A DNA stretch of 41,708 nt from a virus (taxonomy: Duplodnaviria; Caudoviricetes): positions 1-41,708 of IMG/VR virus record IMGVR_UViG_3300037308_000090; one strand, given 5' to 3'. The position numbers and the translations under genes were made by a program. The notes below the pieces were generated by a model. It was not told the DNA's origin and searched no databases. It worked only from the letters and a program-made list of their open reading frames with translations. Below are positions 24,858 through 34,719 of the stretch, piece by piece. Positions within the stretch are counted from its first letter, which is position 1, and every line of letters begins with the position of its first letter.

Positions 24858-25733
24858 TTACCAGTTCCAATCCGAGACAGCCCAATCGTCGGCTTCTTCC
24901 CAAATATCCGAACCCCACAAATCTGATGGACCCGTAAAGTCACCAAGTCCGTCCCAATCACTGGAGCTCCACCAATCAATTGGATTGGAATCTCCACTGA
25001 AGAGGTTCCCAATCTGGCCACCGACCGTTCCGAGAATACTTGCTAACGAGCTCATTCCCGGGAAGCCCATAAATCCGTAGGTCAGTAAGGAGTTTGCCAG
25101 AGTTGAGTAGTCTTCGGGAGTTGTCGTCTCGGTCTGCGAACCTGTGTTCCACATCTGAGCCGAAGGCAAGCCCTTCAACGTCTCAAGATTCAAGTTGTAG
25201 GGAGCCAACACGGATTGGGCATCGTACTCGGAGGCCTTAGGATACTGAGTCCCAGCCTGCTCCAAGAAGGCTTTGGCTACACTACCCAAGCTCCCTGCGG
25301 TGTTTCTCCGATTCAACTCGGCCAAACTGAGGGCCTCAGTGGCTTGCTGACCAAATCTCCCAGCAGCTCGAACTCCAAGCTCCTGTTCACCACTTCCACC
25401 TGGAGCTCCCAATTTGGTGGCCATCGATCTGATCTGAGGAAAGATGTCCTCGGTATACGATCTTGTAATCGGCCCCAAAATGTCTTCGGTATTCAGTGGT
25501 TGCATCCCAAGGTTCATCAACGCGGTTCCATACCCCTGTCCTTGAGCTGCAAGACCTCGTAGCGCTTGTCCTGGGTCGCCCTTCTTCAACGCTTCCGCAA
25601 GAGCAGACTCAGCACTGGGCAACGCACTCGTCACCCGCGAGCTAACCAGCTCTTGATATGGAGTGAGGTACATCCCAGGAGCCCCATAACTAGTTGAGCT
25701 CTTGGTTGTCCCTCCTCCAAACAAACCTGACAT
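24858..25733 (-). CDS. Putative DNA pilot/ejection protein
   Basis: MSGLFGGGTTKSSTS start typical of podoviral pilot proteins; acidic Trp-rich C-terminus. Confidence 0.65.
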   Translation of the reverse strand: MSGLFGGGTTKSSTSYGAPGMYLTPYQELVSSRVTSALPSAESALAEALKKGDPGQALRGLAAQGQGYGTALMNLGMQPLNTEDILGPITRSYTEDIFPQIRSMATKLGAPGGSGEQELGVRAAGRFGQQATEALSLAELNRRNTAGSLGSVAKAFLEQAGTQYPKASEYDAQSVLAPYNLNLETLKGLPSAQMWNTGSQTETTTPEDYSTLANSLLTYGFMGFPGMSSLASILGTVGGQIGNLFSGDSNPIDWWSSSDWDGLGDFTGPSDLWGSDIWEEADDWAVSDWNW

Positions 25734-26165
25734 CTAGAGCTCCTTTGCGACTACGAGTTTCCAGGTTTTGTACTGAGGTAACAATTTCAAAAAGGAAGCC
25801 CTCTCTACCGCACCAGCAATCCTCTTACATCCGTTCAGCTTGGCCCAGTCTTCGATAGTCGGAAGAACTTCGTTTTCCAGGTCGGATTCTCGAACTTCGT
25901 TCTGCAGCCAGATGAGAAAGAGAAACCTCCCATCTAGCTCGTTCTCCATGACCTCCGCGATGCAAATTCCCTGCTCTCCCCACAACCAAATGACCGCCGA
26001 TTCAGTTTCCATCAACCTGACTAGGAGACGTACCAGACTTGGATTCTGAACCGTTCGTCGGAGAGCCTGCTCCACATCCTGAACAGACTCCACCATACGG
26101 AGAGATAGTTCCTTCCCAACCACAACGTTGACATCTTCCATAGGTTGGCTTGTCTCGAGTTCCAT
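25734..26165 (-). CDS. GNAT-like protein preceding the ejection genes
   Basis: IEDWAKLNGCKRI.G...R...KLL...KEL pattern; AAGGAG RBS. Confidence 0.6.
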   Translation of the reverse strand: MELETSQPMEDVNVVVGKELSLRMVESVQDVEQALRRTVQNPSLVRLLVRLMETESAVIWLWGEQGICIAEVMENELDGRFLFLIWLQNEVRESDLENEVLPTIEDWAKLNGCKRIAGAVERASFLKLLPQYKTWKLVVAKEL

Positions 26166-26198
26166 GCAGAATCTCCTTTAGTGGAAGAGGTTCCTCTG

Positions 26199-27728
26199 TC
26201 ATCGGTCCCCTCGCTTCGAGAAATTGGCTCGAATACCAGAGCCTCGAAACGCTTCTTCGGATCCCTCCGTTTGGATACGAAACGTAAAGTACTTCGCTGT
26301 CCGCCGAATTAGAATCTCCGAGACACTACCATCCATTGGAACTAGGTACCGTTCCCAAGTCAGATTTGCCTCCCCTCTCAAAAAGTCTTGCGTCCCAACC
26401 CAAATTTCTAGGTTGTAAGACCCCTTATCCTCAAAATCCATCTCAATGGTCTCGAGAGTAGTGAGCAATTCTGGGTTCTCAAACAACACCTGACCGGGGT
26501 TGACAATACCAGATTCGTAACGTCGAGTTCGTGCTGCTCCGTCGTTGTTTACAGTATTCACATCGATCAGGAGAATGTAACCGGAAGAGTTGCCCAACAA
26601 GATAATCGGTTGATCTTTTGAGAAGGAGTGATCCCAGGAGATTCTCTGACTCTCCCAGGTCCCTTGAATTGTTGACCACGTGAGAGAAACAATACGACGT
26701 GCATGACCAGAACAAACGGCTTCAACCTCTTCGTTCCTCCAGGTCTCGTTAATCCTGTTATAGATCCAAGCCTTAGTGCAAACTCCCTGAGTTCCTACAG
26801 GAGGATAGAAGAAATAGATTTCTCGTTCTATTGGATCATACACTGTGTGGATTGCATCTCTGTAAACAGCATCGTAACAAATGTTCATATCCGACAACAC
26901 ACGTTCGTTCAAAACCTTCTTGTTCACACCATCGAGGAGGTACACTGCATCTGTACCCCAATAAGCGTGTTGGTTTCCCAAGCTACACACAGCTCGAGGA
27001 GCAATGAGTCCGTGATCGTTAAAGATTTGTCGTTGACCGAAAACGAAGGGTGAACCAACGTAATAGAGAATGTGGATCGAATCTTGTCGGTAAGCGACCG
27101 CAACCTCACCCAACGGTAAGATGTTCAGAATCTTTCCTGGGCCTTGATACAAGGTTAGGAACCCCGCATCATTTCCAGTCCACACCTCTACTTGACCGTT
27201 ATCCGACCAACGAACGATTCGTGACCCTCCCGACTCGTTGGTATCTCCAAGTAGGAGGAAGGTCATCAAACCACAAACAACGGCAGCCTTGGGTGGGCTC
27301 CCACCAAGAGCAACACAATTGGTAGCAACCCCATCCCACTTTTGAATGTCATCTACCTTGTTGGCTGCGATCAACAAGTTTGCAAACGCAACCGCTGACC
27401 ACCATTGGGTACCGGATCCTGTATAATCTCCCGAGGCCCTAGTAATGTTGGTAATAGCTCCGGATCCTGTATTGAGGGAATAGATCTTAGTGGTGGTAAT
27501 GAAGTTGCATCTATAGGTTCCATCATCCATCACCCAATAGACCAACTTCAGTGGACGCCCACTGAGAACGTCAGTTGAGAACTTTGAGGTCCCAGGACTA
27601 GACTCCAATTTGCCACGATAGAAACGGCAATTGGTTAGGACCCAAGCGTCTTTGGGACTCAAGTCCTCTCGGGCCACTTCACGAAGCAGCCCCTTCTCTG
27701 CTATCCCAAACAGATTTAGGACCTTCAT
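26199..27728 (-). CDS. Tail nozzle / tail tubular protein B-like (P22 gp10-like stabilisation protein)
   Basis: Beta-rich, VRWSD..., GLIAPRAV, KAWIYN...TW; position after the fibre genes. Confidence 0.75.
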   Translation of the reverse strand: MKVLNLFGIAEKGLLREVAREDLSPKDAWVLTNCRFYRGKLESSPGTSKFSTDVLSGRPLKLVYWVMDDGTYRCNFITTTKIYSLNTGSGAITNITRASGDYTGSGTQWWSAVAFANLLIAANKVDDIQKWDGVATNCVALGGSPPKAAVVCGLMTFLLLGDTNESGGSRIVRWSDNGQVEVWTGNDAGFLTLYQGPGKILNILPLGEVAVAYRQDSIHILYYVGSPFVFGQRQIFNDHGLIAPRAVCSLGNQHAYWGTDAVYLLDGVNKKVLNERVLSDMNICYDAVYRDAIHTVYDPIEREIYFFYPPVGTQGVCTKAWIYNRINETWRNEEVEAVCSGHARRIVSLTWSTIQGTWESQRISWDHSFSKDQPIILLGNSSGYILLIDVNTVNNDGAARTRRYESGIVNPGQVLFENPELLTTLETIEMDFEDKGSYNLEIWVGTQDFLRGEANLTWERYLVPMDGSVSEILIRRTAKYFTFRIQTEGSEEAFRGSGIRANFSKRGDR

Positions 27729-29479
27729 TATGCAGTCTCAGGTTTACACTGATAGTGAAGATCAATCCGAATGTTGTCTCCTGGAGCCCACGATCCACCC
27801 CATGGTGGAGTTCCGGCAATAGCTCCAAGAGTTCCGTGGCTGTACATTTCGATACGGTTGTTGGTGCCTGGAGAGATTTGACAAATTCCTGAACGCAATT
27901 CTGATGTTGAGGCTCTAAAGTACAGTGCTTGACCCATCTCTGGGACATACGAGAGAAGCAAGGCGTCTTCAGCTGGGTACGAATCAAAGAAAACTGTCTC
28001 ACCTAAAAGGATAGGACTCACAATCGTAGTAGTTGATCCAATAATGAGTTGAACCTGCAAACGACAAAAACCACCTGGAACGCGAGTCCAGTGCCCCGCT
28101 AGTGTGCCATTTCCAATGCTGTTCCCGGTACCATACAAACCTGGCGCAGCAAAACCTCGCTGCCTCCACAACGAGTCAAGGTCCATATATTGATCTGGGT
28201 ACGTTGCCGCAACTTTTACTGTTGGGCTGTTGTGCCTCCAAACTTTTGACAAACCACCGCCAACAACAGAACGGCAAGTAACAGCAACGTCCGAAGGACC
28301 TTGAGTATCAGTAAAATTGAGCCAGTCGTGAGCACCAAAGCTGATTTTCGGTGTTCCAGTCTCAGTGTACCAAGTTCCAGCAACAAATGAGCAGTTAGAA
28401 AAGGATGCACGTGTTCGCTTGGCCAGTGTGTCACCCTGTGTTTGCAAATCGTAGTCAAGGTTTAACTCGAACCAACAGTTGTCGAAGCGCAGGTTTCGAA
28501 CTGCTGTAACTCCCGCTGTGATAACTGCCTTGCGAAGAATTTGCAAAACAGTGTCAGAGACAACAATAAGCTCACCACCTTCGATTTCAATACCTACGCC
28601 AGGATTGATACCACAAGTGAAATCACAATTGAGAACTTTTGCAAGGATTGTATACTTATCGTTGTTTGATGCGTTTTGACGGAAACGTATCATCGTCCCA
28701 TCAACACCACAGAATACACAATTTTGAAGTGTACACCCATAACCACCAAGAATGTCAAGACAATAGTCAGCTTTTACGTATTCTTCACCGGGAGCCGTAG
28801 CGGGAGCCGTGATAAAAGGACCCCCGATGACGTTGATCTTCTCTACTAGCATGTTCATCGGAAGATCGCTAACATCACCAAGGTTCTCTTCGCCGATGGT
28901 AATGATGGATGTCGGGCGGTTGTTGATTGTTTGGAGATTGAAGCGCCCAATATGGTAGAGGTGATCCTGACCCCAGGCGTGAGTTTGTATCGCAGCGCCT
29001 TTTACAAGCAGTCCAATACCGGTGGTGTCAAAACGCAAAATCGTTTTCGGACCACACCCGAGAAGTTGTAAACCTGCTTTACCAGCCCGATTAGCAACTA
29101 CTGAATTAAGATCGTACAACCCCTGAGGAATGATGACCTTGTGCGTCGCGTCGTTAATAGCATCCGTAAATGCTGTCGTATTCTGTGCTGCTGTTTTTGA
29201 TGGAGATGCCCCATATGATTCTACACAAACCTGGGAATCAACAACAACCAAATCTCCATCGTACATAAAAGCTTGACCTTTGTTGTCACCGGGCATATTA
29301 ATCTGGGAGACTTCTCCATTGGTCTCGATTTTGAGCGCCGCGGCGGTCACATTTTGACCACTTGGAGCACCTAGAACGTCAACCAAGAAGCTCTTGATGT
29401 TCTTAATGTGATCGTCCCCCAGTTGAATGTCTTCTGTCGGTGCGGGGACTGATGGGTCTATTTTTACTGGGAGTGCCAT
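27728..29479 (-). CDS. Tailspike / receptor-binding protein with beta-helix (pectate-lyase-like) domain
   Basis: N-terminal GDDHIKNIK anchor, VESYGA...NTTAFTDAIN...VIIPQGLY, L.G.G..TIL, repeated F.NC.F. Confidence 0.75.
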   Translation of the reverse strand: MALPVKIDPSVPAPTEDIQLGDDHIKNIKSFLVDVLGAPSGQNVTAAALKIETNGEVSQINMPGDNKGQAFMYDGDLVVVDSQVCVESYGASPSKTAAQNTTAFTDAINDATHKVIIPQGLYDLNSVVANRAGKAGLQLLGCGPKTILRFDTTGIGLLVKGAAIQTHAWGQDHLYHIGRFNLQTINNRPTSIITIGEENLGDVSDLPMNMLVEKINVIGGPFITAPATAPGEEYVKADYCLDILGGYGCTLQNCVFCGVDGTMIRFRQNASNNDKYTILAKVLNCDFTCGINPGVGIEIEGGELIVVSDTVLQILRKAVITAGVTAVRNLRFDNCWFELNLDYDLQTQGDTLAKRTRASFSNCSFVAGTWYTETGTPKISFGAHDWLNFTDTQGPSDVAVTCRSVVGGGLSKVWRHNSPTVKVAATYPDQYMDLDSLWRQRGFAAPGLYGTGNSIGNGTLAGHWTRVPGGFCRLQVQLIIGSTTTIVSPILLGETVFFDSYPAEDALLLSYVPEMGQALYFRASTSELRSGICQISPGTNNRIEMYSHGTLGAIAGTPPWGGSWAPGDNIRIDLHYQCKPETA

Positions 29480-29488
29480 TTTGTTCTC

Positions 29489-31846
29489 CTATTTAGCGAC
29501 CCAACCCGTGGAACCTGTCATGTTAGATTCTTTGACGTAAAATACAGAACCACCTGATCCATCCAACCTTAGGTAGATAGATCCAACAGGAGCTCTCACA
29601 ACACCTTCGGGGGACCCTTTTCCCTTGTAAACCAAGGCAACTACAGAATCCGCTTCATCCAACCTTAAGTTAATCTGCCGAACAACACTGGCAAGGTCTC
29701 CTAAAAGGATAGGAACCCTCTGCCTTTGCAAAGACCTCAACGCTTCCAAGTTGATCAGATCAATTGCCTGCAGGTGGATCAGATCTGAAACAACTAAGTG
29801 GTGATCCTGAACAAGATCCCCACCAGCATCTAGGATTTGAGAGTGTAGCAAATCCGCAACGATCAGGATAACATTACCCAAACTGACATTGTCAAGGGTT
29901 TGGGAATGAGCTAGATCACCAACAACCAAAACGTGTTTCTGTGTCAGTGAAGGTGTATCTAACCCATGAGAGTGTATCAGATTCGAAATAATGAGTGTAA
30001 TGGCTGAGCTGATAGTAACGTTATCAACAACCTGAGCGTGTAGGAGATCGTTTACGGTCAGGTTATGTTTCTGTATTAGAAGTTCAGGATCTAAACCATG
30101 AGTATGAATTAGATCAGCAACCGTCAACGCATGTTTCTGCGTCAGAACCAGAGGATCCAAAGTGTGTGTATGAGAAAGTTCTTGAACCTCCAGCTCGATT
30201 GCTGCACCAAGGCTTATTCCATCTAGAAGATGTACATGACTGAGATCGGCCACCGTTAAAACATGTTTCTGGGTAAGTGATACAGGATCCAATACGTGAC
30301 TGTGAACCAAGTCGTCCGAAGTTAGAACATGCTTTTGTGTTAAGCTTGGTGCATCAAGTACGTGACTGTGTGACAATTCCGCCAGAGCTAACAAATGCTT
30401 CTGCGTGACGCCCGGTCCCTCCAAACCATGCCCGTGCCCCAGGTCCGCCACCGCTAGCGTGTGCTTCTGGGTGAGCACCGGCGCGTCAAGTGTGTGCGCG
30501 TGGCTGAGATCCGGCACGACCAGTGTGGTCCCACCCCCCGCCGTGTAGGTGATGGTCAGTGTGGGATAATTTGATCCCACATCGTATGGGACGTATTCCG
30601 ACTCGGCTTCGTTTGGTTCTGTTGACGCGGCGGTAATCCATATGCAGACGTGTGCGCCACTGGCCAGCCCACCATACGTGTCAACGAGATGCTGGATGAG
30701 CGAGCCGATGGCAATGTCCTTGGTCCCACTCGCGGGCCACCCGGTCGCGCTCACAACCCCCGTGCCCTCGTAAGTCGCCGGATAGAGGGTTGTGCTGCCA
30801 CTGTCCTCAAAATTCGGTCGCGCTGCCGCTGTGGCCGATTGTGGCGCGTCGGCGGACTCGGTGACGTACAGACGCAGGTCATCTATATTCGCATCCCCCG
30901 CGCCGGTGTACCGGATATATGTATCACCGACATCGGTGTCGATGACTGCCCCGCTCGGAATCGCGCCACTCAGCGCGAACCGCGCCGTGCCGTACTCGTT
31001 GTGGTAATCCCAGATGCCGAACCACAGGTCAGAACCTGCATTGATGCTCCAAACGCCGTCGTAGTAAAATTGGATATCGTCGGCGTGTTCCGATTCGGCC
31101 CCCGTTACTGTGTCCGGGTAGATCGCTAACCACTCCATCGCCGCGACGGTGTAGGGGCCGAGCAACACGCGGAGGATGCGCCCGCCTGCTCCGTCGCTTT
31201 CGATCGTGGCGGCCCGGTATGGGGCCTCGGCGCGTGACCAGCGGATTGCGGTTTGACCGATGCGCCCACCGACTCGGATGATCCCCTGCCCCGGATCGTG
31301 ACGGTCCACCGGCTCCGTGATCCACACAAGGTCCACATCCTCAGGAATCTCTAGCACCCACTCCAAGCGGAACGTCCCGGCCACGGGGGAGCGGAAGCGG
31401 AACCCGTATCGCTGCCGATCCCCGCCCCCAACCTCGATACCAACCTGGAGCCGTGCGCCCGCCGCGTAGCCCTGGATCTGGTCGAACTCGAGGTACGCGG
31501 TGCAGCGCCCTTCGCGCGGGTAGTCGTGCGCCACGTTGCGCGTGGGGATGCCGTGGGGGACGTCGGTCCAGGCGCCGCCGACCAGGCGCTGGACGTAGAG
31601 CCGGGACCGGGAGACGAGCGCCTGCCCCAGGCGCCGGATGGTTTGGAACCCGTCCGCGAACTCGCACTCCCCATCGCCATGGCGTAGGCGGGCACCGTCG
31701 AGGACGTAGGGCGAGTACTCCGATCCGTCGCCGTGCACGTCCACGTTCACCTGGCCGATCGTGGTGGTGATCGTGAAGGTGTTGGGCTTGCCCTCGTCGG
31801 CGTGATGGTACTGCCGACCATGGCGGGTCCACGCAAGGTGTTGCAT
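29489..31846 (-). CDS. Tail fibre-like protein with His-rich ~22-aa repeats
   Basis: Repeats of DL.H.H.LD...LTQKH.L.V; C-terminal GSPEGVVRAPVGSIYLRLDG....FYVKES...STGWVAK typical of fibre/spike C-termini. Confidence 0.7.
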   Translation of the reverse strand: MQHLAWTRHGRQYHHADEGKPNTFTITTTIGQVNVDVHGDGSEYSPYVLDGARLRHGDGECEFADGFQTIRRLGQALVSRSRLYVQRLVGGAWTDVPHGIPTRNVAHDYPREGRCTAYLEFDQIQGYAAGARLQVGIEVGGGDRQRYGFRFRSPVAGTFRLEWVLEIPEDVDLVWITEPVDRHDPGQGIIRVGGRIGQTAIRWSRAEAPYRAATIESDGAGGRILRVLLGPYTVAAMEWLAIYPDTVTGAESEHADDIQFYYDGVWSINAGSDLWFGIWDYHNEYGTARFALSGAIPSGAVIDTDVGDTYIRYTGAGDANIDDLRLYVTESADAPQSATAAARPNFEDSGSTTLYPATYEGTGVVSATGWPASGTKDIAIGSLIQHLVDTYGGLASGAHVCIWITAASTEPNEAESEYVPYDVGSNYPTLTITYTAGGGTTLVVPDLSHAHTLDAPVLTQKHTLAVADLGHGHGLEGPGVTQKHLLALAELSHSHVLDAPSLTQKHVLTSDDLVHSHVLDPVSLTQKHVLTVADLSHVHLLDGISLGAAIELEVQELSHTHTLDPLVLTQKHALTVADLIHTHGLDPELLIQKHNLTVNDLLHAQVVDNVTISSAITLIISNLIHSHGLDTPSLTQKHVLVVGDLAHSQTLDNVSLGNVILIVADLLHSQILDAGGDLVQDHHLVVSDLIHLQAIDLINLEALRSLQRQRVPILLGDLASVVRQINLRLDEADSVVALVYKGKGSPEGVVRAPVGSIYLRLDGSGGSVFYVKESNMTGSTGWVAK

Positions 31847-31974
31847 CAGCGCACGACCTCGACGCGCACGTACCGCGCGCCCTGGACGAGCGTCACGGGC
31901 AGCGCCAGGAAGGCATCAGCCGGCGTGAGCCCGTTCGCCGTCCCGGTCGCGTCGGGGTCCAGGTAGTAGATCAT
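31846..31974 (-). pseudogene. 42-aa remnant resembling the N-terminus of a beta-helix protein
   Basis: Hand translation MIYYLDPDATGTANGLTPADAFLALPVTLVQGARYVRVEVVR; GGAG RBS; TGATG coupling to the fibre gene. Confidence 0.45.
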
Positions 31975-32017
31975 GGTGTATCGCTCCACCAGTCGTGCAG
32001 GCACTTCAGCCAGACTT

Positions 32018-32383
32018 TCACGGCCCGGGTGTTAGCCCAAGCTGGCTTGGCGCCGCAGGGATCGTAAAAGGGGGCGCGGCGCATGCCTCGTTGCTCCAGG
32101 CGGAACTGCCAGCGGGGTTGTAGGCGTTCACGTGATAGCAGTACGTCACGCCCTCCTGCACCGCCGAGTCCACGTAGGTCTTGACGTCTTTGCCCACGGT
32201 GGCCAGATCGGCATACGTGCCGCTCGATCCCACCTTCCGCTGGACCTTGAAGCCGTCCTCGTTGGTGGAGTTGTCGCTCCAGTTCAGGGTCAGCGTCGCG
32301 GCGTCAGCCGAACCAATAAAACCCACGATGGCCACCACCAGGGCCACGAAGATCATCAGGGGGATGCAGCGAGAGCATTTCAT
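32018..32383 (-). CDS. Fibronectin type III domain protein with signal peptide
   Basis: Signal peptide ending ADA-A; LNWSDNSTNEDGFKVQRK...YVD......TYCYHVNAYN.AG.SAWSNEAC; AAGGAGG RBS. Confidence 0.85.
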   Translation of the reverse strand: MKCSRCIPLMIFVALVVAIVGFIGSADAATLTLNWSDNSTNEDGFKVQRKVGSSGTYADLATVGKDVKTYVDSAVQEGVTYCYHVNAYNPAGSSAWSNEACAAPPFTIPAAPSQLGLTPGP

Positions 32384-32397
32384 GTGAAAAACCTCCT

Positions 32398-32763
32398 TTA
32401 AGACGGGTCTGAAATTTCATCATCAAACGCTGGTACCGTGACCGTGTTACCACTCGTCAACGCCTGGCTGGTGCAGGTCGTCACCAGCAGTAGGTTCGAC
32501 CCGTCGCAGATCGCGATGTGGGTTGCGGTGCCGGTGGTGTCAACTGGAATGTCAGCCTGCTGAGCGATCGTCACCTTTCGGCCGTTGGTGTCGCCGTTCG
32601 CCTTGCTGAAATCACCGGAGTCAATGACGACGTCGGCCAGCTTGTACGTCGTCACCGCCTCCGTCCGGGTGGTCGGCTGGGCGCTGCAGACCGTTAGGAT
32701 GGTTCCAGTTGCGATCTTGTCGAGAGCCGCATCCATCACACTGTCGTTCGCCCACTTAGTCAT
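32398..32763 (-). CDS. Virion structural protein (tail-associated)
   Basis: MDAALD.I......VCSAQPTT..EA...LA...GTATH.A...QALTSGNTVT.PAFD.EI.DP; AAGGAG RBS. Confidence 0.7.
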   Translation of the reverse strand: MTKWANDSVMDAALDKIATGTILTVCSAQPTTRTEAVTTYKLADVVIDSGDFSKANGDTNGRKVTIAQQADIPVDTTGTATHIAICDGSNLLLVTTCTSQALTSGNTVTVPAFDDEISDPS

Positions 32764-32872
32764 TCTCCTTCTCCTTCTTCACCGGAGGGAGAATCTTCCC
32801 GGAAAGAGTATGCCGGAGACTCTGAACCTCCAACACGATGTTTTTGGGTTTCTCTTGCTTCTCCTCACACAT
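32756..32872 (-). CDS. Hypothetical protein, 38 aa
   Basis: GGAGG RBS; hand translation MCEEKQEKPKNIVLEVQSLRHTLSGKILPPVKKEKEND. Confidence 0.4.
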   Translation of the reverse strand: MCEEKQEKPKNIVLEVQSLRHTLSGKILPPVKKEKEND

Positions 32873-33152
32873 GTTTTGGGTCCTCCCTTTTCTTCGACTC
32901 GTCAATCAAGGCTAGCTCGGCCTTCATCAACATTTCGGGAGTAGCCTTGGCCAACAATAGGTCAACACGATTTCGGACCTCGTACTCAAGGACTTTTCGG
33001 TACTCTTCAATAACACCACTAAACCTCTGTTGGAGGAGAGCTTGGATTGAGAGCCCAGAACGCCGAGCTACGTTTTCAACCACCATGTAATCCAACTCAT
33101 CAAGATGGATTACAAAACTCTTCCCCCCATGCGCACTCAAAGTTAATTGCAT
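32865..33152 (-). CDS. Hypothetical protein
   Basis: TAATG coupling; start MQLTLSAH. Confidence 0.55.
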   Translation of the reverse strand: MQLTLSAHGGKSFVIHLDELDYMVVENVARRSGLSIQALLQQRFSGVIEEYRKVLEYEVRNRVDLLLAKATPEMLMKAELALIDESKKREDPKHV

Positions 33153-33856
33153 TATCGGTCTCCATCCGAAAGGGGATTCAACCAATAATTCCCGGTTGGA
33201 CCAACCAACTTGCGTCCTCGTTTCACGAAAGTTAGAGAAGGGTTATCCTTGTCCTTCTGAATCTCCAACTTGATCATCCCCTCATAATCCCTCCTCATCG
33301 ACATGAACGCATCCCAATCACGTAAATAACGATGCAGACGCATTAACAAACCTATCTCAACTACCTCAAGTGCCCGAGATGGAAACTGAGTCATCTGGGC
33401 ATTGAAATCGGTGATCTCAGTGAACTCGGCACAGAGATAGAGTCTCAAGTTGTACACTTTATCGGGAGGTGGAGCTAACCGAGCTGTATTCTGACCGAAC
33501 CAGGCGTACTCACATGGGATTGACGCTCCCATATACGCCAGATTGGGGTACCGAGACAAGAACTCTTCGGGAGAGAGCTGTCCCAACTCATCAGAGGACA
33601 TGTCCCCAGTATCAAGAATGAGTGCGTGAACCAGATCCGGCTTCACTGTGGAAAAAGTGTAGTCGGTCTGGCTCACCACGGTGGGAAGAGTTTGAGGGGA
33701 TGCTGAGATACGCCAAGAGAACTGGTAGCGGCCCACAAAGTCCTGAATGGTCCGATTCAGGGCCCTTTGGGAGACCGTCGCTTTCGTTCCCGTGGCGCTG
33801 AGCTCCGAACGAGTTAGCTCGTCAGCTACTGCGTTTATAAGCTCTGTCCCAGTCAT
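33152..33856 (-). CDS. Head-tail adaptor / tail tubular protein A-like
   Basis: T..ELINAV..EL, ALN.....F......W, TV..QTDY, P..YAW....RLAPPPDKVY.L; position after the capsid genes. Confidence 0.75.
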   Translation of the reverse strand: MTGTELINAVADELTRSELSATGTKATVSQRALNRTIQDFVGRYQFSWRISASPQTLPTVVSQTDYTFSTVKPDLVHALILDTGDMSSDELGQLSPEEFLSRYPNLAYMGASIPCEYAWFGQNTARLAPPPDKVYNLRLYLCAEFTEITDFNAQMTQFPSRALEVVEIGLLMRLHRYLRDWDAFMSMRRDYEGMIKLEIQKDKDNPSLTFVKRGRKLVGPTGNYWLNPLSDGDR

Positions 33857-33866
33857 CCCCTATCTC

Positions 33867-34610
33867 CTACTGGCAGTCGAGCATGACGACGGCCTTGCGG
33901 CGCACCGTATCGGAAGCCAGATTCTGCAACGCCGTTGCGACGGCCACTTCGTTGATGTCATCCGTGGTCGAGGCGTTGTTGGCCACTGTGGCCATGAGCG
34001 CGAGAAGCGCGGCGCCAGCTGCAAGCCGATCTCCCTCGGCCAATGCGGTACCGGCAGCGAAAACGTTGGCCTTCATGTGAATGCCACGGCACTGCACCCA
34101 ACCGCAGTACCCATCGGCGATGTCGGCCATTGGGACACCAGCCACACGCTTACCTGCCTTGGCCGCGGCTGCGATGATGCTGAACGGTTTGATGATCCCA
34201 ACCGTGTCGGCGTTGGCCAAAGCCACCGTCAACGCAGGCAGGAAGTCGATCCGAAGCGCCGCCACCTTGGTCAGGTAGCTTGTCTCACCTTCTGGAGCAG
34301 CACCCGCCGCACCGGCATCGTCCACCACGTGGACAATGTCACCAGGCAGTGCCTTGTCCGTGATCCACGAACCCGATGCACGAGTGGCGTACGTGGTGCC
34401 CGTCCCCGTATTGGCCACCGCGGTCGTCATCGTTCCATCGTACATCACAAGCGTGTCGGCAGCAAGAGAGCCACCCGACCTGTTCTGTACGCACCGGAAC
34501 CACCGCTCGCCGAGCTTGTAGTCGAACTCCCGGCGAATGATTCCGATCTGATCCCTCATCTTGGTTACCAACCAGGTTTCTGTCAACGCCGAACCAAACA
34601 CGGTCTTCAT
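33867..34610 (-). CDS. Capsid decoration/cement-like protein
   Basis: Directly after the major capsid gene; GGAGG RBS at ATG 34610; AGVPMADIADGYCGWVQ..G; Ala-rich. Confidence 0.65.
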   Translation of the reverse strand: MKTVFGSALTETWLVTKMRDQIGIIRREFDYKLGERWFRCVQNRSGGSLAADTLVMYDGTMTTAVANTGTGTTYATRASGSWITDKALPGDIVHVVDDAGAAGAAPEGETSYLTKVAALRIDFLPALTVALANADTVGIIKPFSIIAAAAKAGKRVAGVPMADIADGYCGWVQCRGIHMKANVFAAGTALAEGDRLAAGAALLALMATVANNASTTDDINEVAVATALQNLASDTVRRKAVVMLDCQ

Positions 34611-34719
34611 CCCAAGTCCTCCCTGGGTGAAACCCCTCATCGGGGTATGGAGGTCAGTGTACGGCCTGACCTCCAGAAATTGCCTGCCGTACCAGGACCA
34701 GCCGCCTGCCCGGCGCTGA

